Source: Euryarchaeota archaeon UBA62
GTDB lineage: Archaea > Thermoplasmatota > Poseidoniia > Poseidoniales > Thalassarchaeaceae
Length of the DNA: 64,000 bases
Direction of reading: 5' to 3'
NCBI GenBank assembly: GCA_002502095.1
Contig: DAPJ01000005.1
Span: 15,763-79,762, forward strand
In this document: one piece after another, positions 10,129-20,279 of the stretch
Layout: the number at the start of each line of letters is the position of its first letter
Numbering within the stretch: the first letter of the stretch is position 1
Notes under the pieces: generated by a model
What the model was told of the DNA's origin: nothing
Database searches by the model: none
The model's input: the letters and a program-made list of their open reading frames with translations, nothing else
Made by a program: the position numbers and the translations under genes

Positions 10129-13100
10129 ATGAGGAGGAAGCAGACAGCGGCCTTTATTGTACTACTTTTACTAAGTAGCCTCGCTTTCGTTTCTCAAACT
10201 AGGCCACAATCCCCGGTCGACTCCACGAATCCTACTGATGCGCAAGGAGGGGCTCCTCCAGCTACCGATGCAGACGAAGATAGAATACCCGATCAATATG
10301 AGTCGATATATGGGGAGGACATAGTTATCGATACTCCCGAAGGAAGCTTCGAGGTACTTGGTTTGGACATGAACAACGGTACTGACAATATGTCCGATCA
10401 TGATAGAGATGGGGCCGTGGCCCTGCTAGAGTACTGTTGGCCGTATACTCTCGACAAATGCTTTACTGACAGACTTTCCTTGACAGGCAAGCCTCCTGAA
10501 TTGACTGAATCAGGAAATAGGGAGTATCTGGACCCCACCTCGTCAGATACAGATGGGGACGGACTTCCAGATGGATACGAGATACACATGTGTACCGAAG
10601 GAGGACTGGGTTACCTCAATGCGACCAATGCATGGACATGCCTCTGGTTCGATCCGCTAGACCCATCTGACAGCACAGAAGATATTGACAGGTGTGAAGA
10701 TTTTAGTTTTGGCTGTGGAGACGGCTTTGATGTCAATAGAGACGGTCATATCGATGTTACCGAGAGATACTCAAACTCAGAAGAATACTCTTTCGGAACC
10801 CCAGAAAACTGGATTACAGAGAGAGACGGGCTTTGGTGCTCAGGTATAATTCCGGGAATGAGTGAAAATGCATGTCAGGAATCAATAGTAAGGCCGACCG
10901 GGGACGATGGGTGGCTAGGAACCGATCCTACACGCTCAGATTCTGACTACTACTCATGGTCTGATCTATTGGCAACCGGACTTGTCATTCCTGGTGATGG
11001 AATTCCAGATGGATGGGAAGCACACTACGGACTTGACCCCAGGAACGCTAGTGATGCGATATTGGATTCTGATAACGATGGTTGGGATGCAGATAGGGAC
11101 GGTTACGTTATCCCCGATACGTCCACCGCTACCGCCGCATGGGGAGAAGCGTTCAGTAATTACGAAGAGTACATGGTTTACTATGACGAAGGGTCCTGGG
11201 TAAAACCAGGAATCAGAGGTACTGCAGGAACCAGTCATGATGGAACCGTACTTACTTTTGATCAATCTACGCAGACCCAATTAGTTGATGCGGCAGTACA
11301 CACCATGATTAAAGACAGCGAGCAACAGAGAATAATTGTCGGTTCAAAATATGGAGTAACTACACTAGATCCATTCGGCGAGATATCCTCTCTTCACAAT
11401 CTTCGCCCTGGTGTGGAGATGACTTCGATGGTCAGGTGGTCTCCCGGTGGGAACTCAGATTTCTTAGTTATCGGAACGAATCTAGGGGTTCATTGCGTTT
11501 CAATGGAAAACGGACTCCCAATAATGTCGTCTCTTTCTGAATCTGAAATAGGCCACGTGGTATCAATGATGGAACTTGATACGGGTAGTGATAATCTGGA
11601 TCTAATGGTTTTCGGGCATCAGAAGGCATGGACTGTAAGCGTATCTGATGAAGGCTCTGGGGGAGATTGTTGGAGCGGAGGAAGATCCGTAAGTGTAGGA
11701 CAAGAAATCCTAAGCTCTCCATTGACCGAGGCTCTATCCGACTCGGAGGTATCGGCCAATGATGCTGTCCAAGTTCCAATACAAGGTAGAGGTCCACTGC
11801 TGATGGTAGCCACTAATTCAGGGCTGATCGCATGGAACACTACAGACGGAGTTACATCTGCGGGCGATCCATGGTGGGTCTTCGACATCGAAGATGCAGA
11901 GACATTCGTGAGAATGGCTGATCTACTAAACGAATCTAAATCCGCGGTCGTCAACGTTTTGGAGCCCGCGGGACCAATTCTGGACAATGGGGAGCTGGAG
12001 GAAGTTACAGGAGTATGGATGGGAACAGCAGGAGGGCTACACCTGATTGACCTGTCTATATTCATGCAGATGCCAAGATCCTCGATAAGTAATGATAGAA
12101 TGTTCAATTCAGAACGTTGGACTGAGGGTGCTAATGATATAAGGTCAGTTATGGCTATCGAGGGAATGGTAGTTCTAGGTTCTAGGGACGGAACATGGTG
12201 CCTCGAAGGAGGACACACAGGCGTCTTGGGCCCCTACATCAATCAAACCAGAATGCCAGGAATGGTCACCAACCTAATTTTAATGGAAAACGGAGACGAA
12301 GATTGGATTTTCTCAGGGTCATCGCCTGGGAGATTCATGAATATCATGCCTATAGACCCATTATCTGACGATTCAGATTTTGATGGAATGCCCGATGGCT
12401 GGGAATATGTTCATGGTTTGGATCCAACGGACCCCTTTGACAGGGAGAGGGATGCCGATGCTGATGGAGTCAGCTTCCCCTTAATTGATGGGACCATATT
12501 TATCCGTGAGTGGAGTAATTTGGAGGAGTTCAGATACGTAAACACTTCACAATTCGGTACAAATGGCACCGATCCAAGAAATATTGACTCCGATGGAGAT
12601 GGCCTTACCGATGGAGAAGAGTACTGGGGTTGGTTTTTGGATTCAACATCATTTTCTTGTCATTATCTGAATGATGACTATGTTTGTGATGACTCATCAT
12701 CACAATCGGAGACCGTCCATCTCGAAGGATGGCTTGGCTCAGGCGCAGGAGGAGGTACAGACGGTCCAACAGACCCCACCAATCCAGATACAGACGGGGA
12801 CGGAATGCCCGATGGCTGGGAGATCGAGAATAGGAGATGGATAGGAGATATCTACACTGGAGGTAATCTCTGGACACTAGATCCAAGGGACCCGAACGAT
12901 GCAGAAGAAGATGCAGATGGAGACGGACTGTCAAATCTATGCGAGTATAAGTGGGGGGAGATAATTGATGATGTCATCAGAGAAGGACTTCCTTCCCATG
13001 GTGAGTCTAATGAGTCGGCACTATCATGGGTGCCCACAGATCCGAATAATGTAGACTCTGACGGGGATACTCTTCCCGATGGCTGGGAGGCGAGATATAC

Positions 13101-15867
13101 TTGCTCTTGGAATAAGGACAACAAGGGAATCAATCCATTGAATGGTTCAGACGCACTCAACAACCCCGACGGTGATGGTTACGATATCAATATGGACGGC
13201 GTACTATCAATGGATGAGCAACTGGTAAATTGGCTCGAATACCATCTGAAAGATCAGATTATATATGCTGATTCAACTGAGTCAGGAATGGAATTCCCAA
13301 ACGGATTCGTCACGAACCTGTCACACTCTTCATGGCAGGGACTCGCTCCAGGCTCCTTTGGAGAGTACACTAGTACTGCATACCTAAGCTTGGTCAATGG
13401 AACTACTGTGGAAGATGTCGGCTCTGGAAATCCACTTTCTTCCGACTCAGACAGAGATGGAATGCCAGATGGTTGGGAATACTACCATTCACGATGGAGT
13501 TTGTTTGATGAAAAATGGACTCTAAATCCAGTAGATGAAAGAGATCAAGATGGCGATCCCGACGGGGATGGAATGAATAACTGGGAAGAATACAATTCAA
13601 TAGATGGAAATCTCAGTGAGACAGACTCTCTTGTTACATCGCCACAATTCTACTTACTGAGCGTAGGAGGGGAACTACTTCCTACTCCATGGCTTTCTGC
13701 AGAGTCAACATACTCTTTCGGACACTTCCTGTCTGAAGATCAGAAGAACCTAACGGGACTGACTGCAGATCCAAATAATCCTGACACGGACGGAGATGGA
13801 CTGTTAGATGGAATTGAATTAATTTTCACAAGATGGAACTCAACCGATTCTGTATGGACTCTAAATCCCTTGGTATCTGGTGATGGATATTATGATTCGG
13901 ATTTAGACGGAATCACCGATCAAGTTGAACTCAACCTTACCAATAATAACCCTGCCAATGGGGGACTCTCTCCTCCAGATGCCCCTAGAATGTGGGAAGA
14001 GGCTGACTCGATTGATCCTTCTGAGGCCAACAACAGAGTCTTCAGGATTCTGTTTGGAAAGGAAGGAAAGGCCCAACTAGCCATGGAGCAATACCAAGAT
14101 TGGCTGTCAGGGAGTCCAGCAAAACCACTCCTATCTGCCCTTCTAGGAATATCAGATCCTAATGACGTGGATACCGATAGAGATGGGATGAGTGATGGGT
14201 ATGAGTATTGGTTCACACAGTGGAACCTAGAGCAAAATATATGGGAGATGAATCCCTTAACAGGAACTGATGTTTCTAGAGATTCGGACGACGACTCGTA
14301 CGACTGTGATGGAAACGGTCAGATTTCAGACTCAGAGTCATTTGATAACTTGGCGGAATATGAGTCTAGAATTTATGGAAAAAAGATAGCTGTGGATACA
14401 ATTCCAAATGAGACAGGTCTGGTTTCATATGGTGCCGACGCGATTAATGCATTTATCGGAGAGGAGGGAATGTCATATGATGCCGCGTTTGGACAGCTGT
14501 ATGATATGTTCAGAAGCAAGAGTCTGGAATCTTCAGATAGAATGGGCCTAATCAATTCTTTACAACCGGATAATTTCAATATCAGCCTAGCCGGAGTGAG
14601 CGATCCTACAGATGATGATTCAGATCTTGATGGGATGCCCGATGGTTGGGAATTTTGCTATTCGATATATGGCGAATTCTTGCCTGTTAATGATTTCAGG
14701 TGGTCTTTAAATCCAATTAATCCATTAGACATAAACTATGATCCCGACTCTGATGGATGGTTCGATAGGGAAATCACTGATGTTCCCGCTCCTCAGGGAA
14801 CATGGGAGTCAAGACAGTTCTCAGAGTATGAACCGGAAGGACAGATCCCCCAAGGAGTCCAGTCTCTACTTTTCTCCAATTTAATGGAGTACAACAACGG
14901 CACACACCCATTAGATGATGATAGCGATGACGATTCCAGTGTGATGAAGCCTGTTTTCACTAATGGTGTAGTCACGTCATATGTCAAGGACTCCAATCTA
15001 TCTGATGGAAGAGAGGTGTTCAAGTACGGTACTAACCCACTGGACAACGATACAGATGGAGATATGATGCCGGACTTCTACGAGTATTACAGAGGTTGGA
15101 ACGAAACAAATGATAACTGGTCTTCCAGACTGCAAATTTCAGTTGTATGGCATCAAGTTACTTCTGTTGTCTGGAAACCAGTACAGGTTTCTAATGGAGT
15201 GATAACTAGGCCTGTTCTAGAATGGGCTTGGTTCACTCACGATCCAACAGATCCCTCTGATGCTGGCCAAGATGCGGATAACGATGGTGCTTGGGACTGC
15301 TCTGGAGGGAGTTGCATTTACCAGCCCTACAACAACTTCCAAGAATACTTCGGAGTAGTCAATGCTTCAATGTCATCTCCTTCTCTGGTCAGAGCATCAA
15401 ATCTTGTTGACTGTTCGGGAGAGCCAGTATCCGAGTGGTGGCAATTAAGGGAGAGCCTCTTAGGGACCTGCTCTGGCAGCTCGTCCATTTCTACTAATTA
15501 TTTCAGAATGAATAAAATTAATGATAATGATAGACTCTATGCGTTGGTAATCAATGACTACGATTTGGACTATGAGAATGTCGATAGTAGCAATGACTTA
15601 ACTTCGCTCAATGGCGAGTGGACGGATACGTTCAACAGGATTGCAGGAGACCAGTATCATCTTCCAAATATTTTCCTCGGAGAGTACGTGTATGGTTGGT
15701 GGATACTCGATATCGATGGCGATCAGATTGCAGACGGTACAGACCCTACCAATTGGGATACCGATGGAGATTGGCTAAACGATCATTTTGAGATTGAGGA
15801 CGATTTACTAGATGGGATAAGGGGGAATAGTGGTTCGCCGATAAGGTACGATGACAGGTCAACCTAG
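10129..15867 (+). CDS. Giant secreted protein of 1912 aa with at least 10 copies of a thrombospondin-type-3-like Ca-binding motif D-x-D-G-D-G-x-P-D-G-W-E
   Basis: Signal peptide MRRKQTAAFIVLLLLSSLAFVSQT. Repeats include DTDGDGLPDGYE, DSDFDGMPDGWE, DTDGDGMPDGWE, DSDGDTLPDGWE, DSDRDGMPDGWE, DTDRDGMSDGYE, DSDLDGMPDGWE, DTDGDMMPDFYE, DTDGDWLNDHFE. The protein is extremely acidic. No C-terminal TM helix was seen. Confidence 0.7.
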   Translation: MRRKQTAAFIVLLLLSSLAFVSQTRPQSPVDSTNPTDAQGGAPPATDADEDRIPDQYESIYGEDIVIDTPEGSFEVLGLDMNNGTDNMSDHDRDGAVALLEYCWPYTLDKCFTDRLSLTGKPPELTESGNREYLDPTSSDTDGDGLPDGYEIHMCTEGGLGYLNATNAWTCLWFDPLDPSDSTEDIDRCEDFSFGCGDGFDVNRDGHIDVTERYSNSEEYSFGTPENWITERDGLWCSGIIPGMSENACQESIVRPTGDDGWLGTDPTRSDSDYYSWSDLLATGLVIPGDGIPDGWEAHYGLDPRNASDAILDSDNDGWDADRDGYVIPDTSTATAAWGEAFSNYEEYMVYYDEGSWVKPGIRGTAGTSHDGTVLTFDQSTQTQLVDAAVHTMIKDSEQQRIIVGSKYGVTTLDPFGEISSLHNLRPGVEMTSMVRWSPGGNSDFLVIGTNLGVHCVSMENGLPIMSSLSESEIGHVVSMMELDTGSDNLDLMVFGHQKAWTVSVSDEGSGGDCWSGGRSVSVGQEILSSPLTEALSDSEVSANDAVQVPIQGRGPLLMVATNSGLIAWNTTDGVTSAGDPWWVFDIEDAETFVRMADLLNESKSAVVNVLEPAGPILDNGELEEVTGVWMGTAGGLHLIDLSIFMQMPRSSISNDRMFNSERWTEGANDIRSVMAIEGMVVLGSRDGTWCLEGGHTGVLGPYINQTRMPGMVTNLILMENGDEDWIFSGSSPGRFMNIMPIDPLSDDSDFDGMPDGWEYVHGLDPTDPFDRERDADADGVSFPLIDGTIFIREWSNLEEFRYVNTSQFGTNGTDPRNIDSDGDGLTDGEEYWGWFLDSTSFSCHYLNDDYVCDDSSSQSETVHLEGWLGSGAGGGTDGPTDPTNPDTDGDGMPDGWEIENRRWIGDIYTGGNLWTLDPRDPNDAEEDADGDGLSNLCEYKWGEIIDDVIREGLPSHGESNESALSWVPTDPNNVDSDGDTLPDGWEARYTCSWNKDNKGINPLNGSDALNNPDGDGYDINMDGVLSMDEQLVNWLEYHLKDQIIYADSTESGMEFPNGFVTNLSHSSWQGLAPGSFGEYTSTAYLSLVNGTTVEDVGSGNPLSSDSDRDGMPDGWEYYHSRWSLFDEKWTLNPVDERDQDGDPDGDGMNNWEEYNSIDGNLSETDSLVTSPQFYLLSVGGELLPTPWLSAESTYSFGHFLSEDQKNLTGLTADPNNPDTDGDGLLDGIELIFTRWNSTDSVWTLNPLVSGDGYYDSDLDGITDQVELNLTNNNPANGGLSPPDAPRMWEEADSIDPSEANNRVFRILFGKEGKAQLAMEQYQDWLSGSPAKPLLSALLGISDPNDVDTDRDGMSDGYEYWFTQWNLEQNIWEMNPLTGTDVSRDSDDDSYDCDGNGQISDSESFDNLAEYESRIYGKKIAVDTIPNETGLVSYGADAINAFIGEEGMSYDAAFGQLYDMFRSKSLESSDRMGLINSLQPDNFNISLAGVSDPTDDDSDLDGMPDGWEFCYSIYGEFLPVNDFRWSLNPINPLDINYDPDSDGWFDREITDVPAPQGTWESRQFSEYEPEGQIPQGVQSLLFSNLMEYNNGTHPLDDDSDDDSSVMKPVFTNGVVTSYVKDSNLSDGREVFKYGTNPLDNDTDGDMMPDFYEYYRGWNETNDNWSSRLQISVVWHQVTSVVWKPVQVSNGVITRPVLEWAWFTHDPTDPSDAGQDADNDGAWDCSGGSCIYQPYNNFQEYFGVVNASMSSPSLVRASNLVDCSGEPVSEWWQLRESLLGTCSGSSSISTNYFRMNKINDNDRLYALVINDYDLDYENVDSSNDLTSLNGEWTDTFNRIAGDQYHLPNIFLGEYVYGWWILDIDGDQIADGTDPTNWDTDGDWLNDHFEIEDDLLDGIRGNSGSPIRYDDRST

Positions 15868-15897
15868 TATCTCAAAAAAACAATCCTGGGAATAGTT

Positions 15898-16371
15898 ATG
15901 GACGAACAAGACGGACAAATACCAAGCAAATCCTCGCCTACAGAGGAAAAGCTTCTGTTCCTTCAAGAGAATATGGTCAACTTCATCAATCAATACGGTC
16001 AACCTGTGATAGAAGTATCATTAGTAATTTCAAAATATATCCGTATTATAGTTAAAGAACTTGAAGAAAAGGCATCGAATACCAATGAGGAGCTTCCCGA
16101 AGACTTACTCTCTCCTCGGCCAGTAGAATCCTCTGATGAAGATCCAGTCATGGACTCATTCCCCTTGGAGAGGATACTGGAATCGGTTGATCAGGATAGA
16201 ATGGATATTCTCGACACAATCATTCGAACCATACTGAACGAGACTGAATTACCCTTCATTCCGGCACTAGCTGTCCTCAGAGATTGGGAGCACATTATCA
16301 GGACACAACTGGTAAAATCAACTAGTCCAGGGCATCTTTTCAGCCCATTACAACTTCCTGAAAATTTCTGA
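15898..16371 (+). CDS. Hypothetical acidic protein
   Basis: 157-aa ORF in a compact coding context. No recognisable motifs. Confidence 0.4.
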   Translation: MDEQDGQIPSKSSPTEEKLLFLQENMVNFINQYGQPVIEVSLVISKYIRIIVKELEEKASNTNEELPEDLLSPRPVESSDEDPVMDSFPLERILESVDQDRMDILDTIIRTILNETELPFIPALAVLRDWEHIIRTQLVKSTSPGHLFSPLQLPENF

Positions 16372-16746
16372 CTATCTAGTTCCGGCGACAATGCCACTAG
16401 ATACCCACCATGCGTCAAATATAGACCAAACGAATAGAACTGGCCAGAGGAAAATAGACAAAATTAATGGAAACTGTATTACGAACCAACCAACTGATTT
16501 TCTATGCTGACGATTGAAGTGCTGTCCAAGGAACAGAAAAGGAACTAGGGATAGCAAAACTGCAACCAGTGGCCTTAATGCTCCCCAAGGACCAACTCCT
16601 CCACTCAACTCCTTCCAGATTACGCCAATTACTCCAATTGCAGTAACCTCATCCTCCTCCTCAGCAGGTAGAATCACCACGTATTCGTGCTCCATCGTTC
16701 GTTGGAAGATGCCAATATGAATGAATGTGACTGCTAATAGACCCAA
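16372..16746 (-). CDS. Small integral membrane protein (hypothetical)
   Basis: 124 aa with 3-4 hydrophobic helices (LVAVLLSLVPFLFLG, WFVIQFPLILSIFLWPVLFVWSIF). Convergent with the upstream gene. Confidence 0.4.
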   Translation of the reverse strand: MGLLAVTFIHIGIFQRTMEHEYVVILPAEEEDEVTAIGVIGVIWKELSGGVGPWGALRPLVAVLLSLVPFLFLGQHFNRQHRKSVGWFVIQFPLILSIFLWPVLFVWSIFDAWWVSSGIVAGTR

Positions 16747-16779
16747 AAAGACAACCGTTGAGACCCGCTCGCCTACTCC

Positions 16780-17766
16780 ATGGAGGAAAAGAGGATTCTA
16801 CTCACAGGCTTCGAACCATTCTCGGGCCTAGATATCAATGAGTCCTCAGAGGTTGTAAAAATAATTTCAAATGCGGGGTTACAAGATATTGAAATCATCT
16901 CTAGTGTCCTATCCGTGGATGAAGGAGGAACTGAATCATCACTGGATATTCTCAAGGCCATGGAATTTGATGCAGTAATCCATTTGGGGCTATCCAGAAA
17001 TTCTGAGAAGATACTGCTTGAGAGATTTGCAACTAATATGATTTCAATGGAACTACCTGATAATTCTGGTAGGATGGTTAAGAAATCTAAAATTCTCGAA
17101 AACGCATCTGAAAGAATCGAGACAACGGTAAGCATACATAATTTCGATGAGGAATTTGAACACGATAAAGATGTTCAATGGAGCTGCAGTGCTGGAAGCT
17201 ACGTGTGTAATGAGACGTATTTCAAGACTCTATCTGCCCTCTCAAATTCTAATATTCCTATACTATTCATCCACCTGCCGAAGATGTCAGAGATTTCCCT
17301 CAATAAGCAGGTAGAGGTTGTCTCAAGAGCAATTAGACTAATGGTTACAAGGCCAAAATTGACAGTGGTCGGCGCCATGATCAGAGATGAGAATGGAAGT
17401 ATATTGGCCTGTATGAGGCCAGAAGGGGACGCATGGTCTGGTTGGTGGGAGTTCCCAGGAGGAAAGGTTGAGGGGAATGAGTCACTCACAGATGCATTAT
17501 CTAGGGAGATTGAAGAGGAGCTAGGCGTTTCAGTCTATCCAAGATCAAAGGTGTGCGAAATCAATCATAGTTACCAAGACAGGGATGTCAATCTCCATAT
17601 TTTTGATTGTGGTATTGTCGATAGGAAAGACATTGTCCTCTTGGAGCACGATGAATCAAGATGGTTGTCACAAGAAGAGCTCTTAGATGTAAAATGGCTA
17701 CCTGCTGATCTTCCTACTATTGAGGTCTGGTATAGAGAAGGAATTCCCAATTCGAGCTCACCCTAA
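16780..17766 (+). CDS. Fusion protein: N-terminal pyroglutamyl-peptidase I-like (peptidase C15) domain plus C-terminal Nudix hydrolase domain
   Basis: N-terminus has LLTGFEPFSG (Pcp-like start), ERFATN (catalytic Glu context), GSYVCNETYF (Cys nucleophile context), FIHLP (His). C-terminus has a perfect Nudix box GGKVEGNESLTDALSREIEEELGV (Gx5Ex7REUxEExGU). Confidence 0.75.
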   Translation: MEEKRILLTGFEPFSGLDINESSEVVKIISNAGLQDIEIISSVLSVDEGGTESSLDILKAMEFDAVIHLGLSRNSEKILLERFATNMISMELPDNSGRMVKKSKILENASERIETTVSIHNFDEEFEHDKDVQWSCSAGSYVCNETYFKTLSALSNSNIPILFIHLPKMSEISLNKQVEVVSRAIRLMVTRPKLTVVGAMIRDENGSILACMRPEGDAWSGWWEFPGGKVEGNESLTDALSREIEEELGVSVYPRSKVCEINHSYQDRDVNLHIFDCGIVDRKDIVLLEHDESRWLSQEELLDVKWLPADLPTIEVWYREGIPNSSSP

Positions 17767-18386
17767 TCGAACCACTCTCTTGGGCTTCCATCTTTGTACA
17801 TTGATAATTCATCTCCAACAGCACGTGGAATCTCTCTTCTGCCCTCATGCCAAGTGGCCGACTCCAACCATTCAATGAGGCCAACTCCAGTAATGGAGAT
17901 ATCAATATCCCCTCCGATCACTCTTTCACCAAGAGTGAACGATACCTTGCCGGCCAATGAAGCCAACCTGGAGATACTGAAATCGCAAATTTGGTCATCC
18001 TCCTCCATTGTCATCGCATCTAACGCGGTATCGAGGATAGATTGATTCCTAATAGCCTCCAGAAAATGATCTATTGACGATGATGTACCATAAATTATCT
18101 CTGGATTATTTTTCGAAGGAAAACCTCTTTCTCTATTAGTAATTTCAGGCGACCAGTCAGGAAACAATGATTTTACAGATTCAATAACCTTGTCTAAATC
18201 CTCGTACGGTTGCAGGGTAGTTGAAATCTCAATCTCCCTAATCATGACTCTTCGAGTACAACGAGGCTGAAAGTTTTGTTCATCCTTGCTCATGTACACG
18301 AATGATTCAAATGAGAAATTTCTAGGGGTCATATATGTCGGAACGCTCTCCTGCAATCTCACTGGCTTTGTTATTCGCACCAACAT
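17763..18386 (-). CDS. Hypothetical protein
   Basis: 207-aa ORF. Its 5' end overlaps the divergent gene at 18335 by about 50 nt, so the true start is probably the internal Met near 18332. Confidence 0.4.
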   Translation of the reverse strand: MLVRITKPVRLQESVPTYMTPRNFSFESFVYMSKDEQNFQPRCTRRVMIREIEISTTLQPYEDLDKVIESVKSLFPDWSPEITNRERGFPSKNNPEIIYGTSSSIDHFLEAIRNQSILDTALDAMTMEEDDQICDFSISRLASLAGKVSFTLGERVIGGDIDISITGVGLIEWLESATWHEGRREIPRAVGDELSMYKDGSPREWFD

Positions 18387-19099
18387 TGTGCGTCGTAGCG
18401 ATTAGATTTGGATTGCCTGCTCTCGAGGAGGTTATCTCCCAAGATTATGTATTGGAGATTTCCATTCACGCACTCGCTCTATCATTGGGTGTACTGATGC
18501 TTTACAGATATCTGAGAGTCGAAGATCATGAGTTTCATAGATCTCGGGCCATTAGGAGATTATCAAAGACTTACAAAAGTGAGGATCGAGGACTTTGGGA
18601 AGAGAAATCAGACCGCGCTTTGCAGAAGCTGGAAATCAAGGCAAACTCATCAAACAGGAGAATCAGTACGAAGGTTAGCAAGAGAATGACTGGAAAGGTC
18701 GGAAGTCTAAACACTGAGATGGATGAATCCGAGGTGGACGATGAGTACGAGGCGGAAGTACGCGTTTCCGGACTTCAGACAATTATTGACGAGGAAAATA
18801 TAGGCCCAATAGGAGAACAAAAAAATCGTATTTCAATATCTAATGCCATCAACTCCTTCCTAGATAGATCCGCCAGTAGGAGACTTCTGAAGATGAAGAG
18901 AAATGAAGAGAAGAAGAGAATAAAAGATCTTCAGAGAACCAAGAAGAGAGCGTCCAAAAATAAAATTTCAGGAAGTCCTTGGGACGACACCCCGTCTTCT
19001 TCAAACATTAGAACAGTCAACAAGTGCAATCATTGCGGGGCGATGAATGATAGTGACTCTCAGTATTGTATCTCATGTGGAAATTACTTGTTATCATAG
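18335..19099 (+). CDS. Membrane protein with a charged linker and a C-terminal zinc ribbon
   Basis: Two N-terminal hydrophobic helices. Lys/Arg/Glu-rich middle. C-terminal CNHCGAMNDSDSQYCISCGNY (CxxC...CxxC). Confidence 0.5.
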   Translation: MSERSPAISLALLFAPTLCVVAIRFGLPALEEVISQDYVLEISIHALALSLGVLMLYRYLRVEDHEFHRSRAIRRLSKTYKSEDRGLWEEKSDRALQKLEIKANSSNRRISTKVSKRMTGKVGSLNTEMDESEVDDEYEAEVRVSGLQTIIDEENIGPIGEQKNRISISNAINSFLDRSASRRLLKMKRNEEKKRIKDLQRTKKRASKNKISGSPWDDTPSSSNIRTVNKCNHCGAMNDSDSQYCISCGNYLLS

Positions 19100-19138
19100 G
19101 GAACGATTCAAATCACCCCTACTTTAGCCATTGACATC

Positions 19139-20278
19139 ATGACGGAGAAGAGGGACTACTACGATGTCCTTGAGATAAGCAGAAATGCTTCCGATGGTGA
19201 CATCACAAAGGCGTTCAGATCACTCGCGAGGAAGTATCATCCAGACAAGAATCCAGATGACACAGAAGCAGAGAAAAAATTCAAGGAAGTCCAAGAGGCA
19301 TACGCAATACTTTCCAATAAAGAAGAAAGAAGGAAGTATGACACCTTTGGTCACAGCGGACCAGGTTCATCCCCATTTGGTCCTGGTGGTTTCCAAGGAG
19401 TCAACATTAGTCTTGACGATTTATTCGGTGGTGGCTTTGATGGTATTTTCAACCAGTTCTTCGGCTCATCTAGAGGGCGGAGGAGGACCAAGGGTGATGA
19501 TCTCATGTACCGTCACTCAGTACCATTCCAAGTAGCAATGGAAGGCTCTGAGGAAGAGATAGAAATCGAAGTTCTAAGAAAATGTAACGATTGTCAAGGG
19601 ACAGGTTCAATGAATCCTTCCGGTGTGAGGGTGTGTCCAAATTGCGAAGGCAGGGGAAGGATAGAGAGGTTAGAAAGACTCGGTCCCTTCACACAAAGAT
19701 CAGTTTCAGACTGTCCATCCTGCAATGGCAGTGGAAAACTTATCTCAGATCCGTGTAAATCATGCAATGGACAAGGCCGTTCTAACCAAACCAAGAGGGT
19801 GAAATTTACCATCCCTCCGGGAGTCTCTTCAGGTGTCAGACTCAGGATGAGGGAGTATGGAGGAGCTCCCGCGAGCGATGATGGAATCCCCGGGGATCTT
19901 TATATCGAGATAGAAATCCAACGTCATCCATGGTTCGAGAGAGACTCTGCGGATCTTTTGATGGGACTTCCAGTTGGATTTTCAGATTTAGCCCTGGGAA
20001 CTAAAATAGAAATTCCTCATATCGATGGAGAGAACCTCGTGGTGAAGATAGATCCAGGTTCTCAACCCGGGGATACAATTGAAATTCGAGGCAGGGGTTT
20101 ACCCTTGCAAGGGAGTAAAAGAAGAGGTTCAGTAATGATTGTTCTGAAACTAGATATGCCAAGAAAACTCTCCAGAAATGAAAAAAAGAGAATTTCTTCA
20201 TTGTCAGATATTTTAGGTTCGGACCATGATGGCATCGAAGAAAGAATCAGGGACGAAGCAGCCAAGAGAAGAAATTGA
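19139..20278 (+). CDS. dnaJ: Chaperone DnaJ (Hsp40)
   Basis: J domain DYYDVLEI...KAFRSLARKYHPDKN with HPD. Four CxxCxGxG zinc-finger repeats (CNDCQGTG, CPNCEGRG, CPSCNGSG, CKSCNGQG). No dnaK or grpE adjacent. Confidence 0.9.
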   Translation: MTEKRDYYDVLEISRNASDGDITKAFRSLARKYHPDKNPDDTEAEKKFKEVQEAYAILSNKEERRKYDTFGHSGPGSSPFGPGGFQGVNISLDDLFGGGFDGIFNQFFGSSRGRRRTKGDDLMYRHSVPFQVAMEGSEEEIEIEVLRKCNDCQGTGSMNPSGVRVCPNCEGRGRIERLERLGPFTQRSVSDCPSCNGSGKLISDPCKSCNGQGRSNQTKRVKFTIPPGVSSGVRLRMREYGGAPASDDGIPGDLYIEIEIQRHPWFERDSADLLMGLPVGFSDLALGTKIEIPHIDGENLVVKIDPGSQPGDTIEIRGRGLPLQGSKRRGSVMIVLKLDMPRKLSRNEKKRISSLSDILGSDHDGIEERIRDEAAKRRN

Positions 20279-20279
20279 C

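Noticed and set aside
11619-12218. 199-aa minus-strand ORF and many other 60-130-aa antisense or out-of-frame ORFs inside the giant genes (e.g. 3432-3836, 6673-7038, 8637-8963, 23696-24091, 33063-33305)
   Set aside because: They are embedded in strongly supported long CDSs and have low-complexity Ser/Pro/Arg-rich composition typical of spurious frames.
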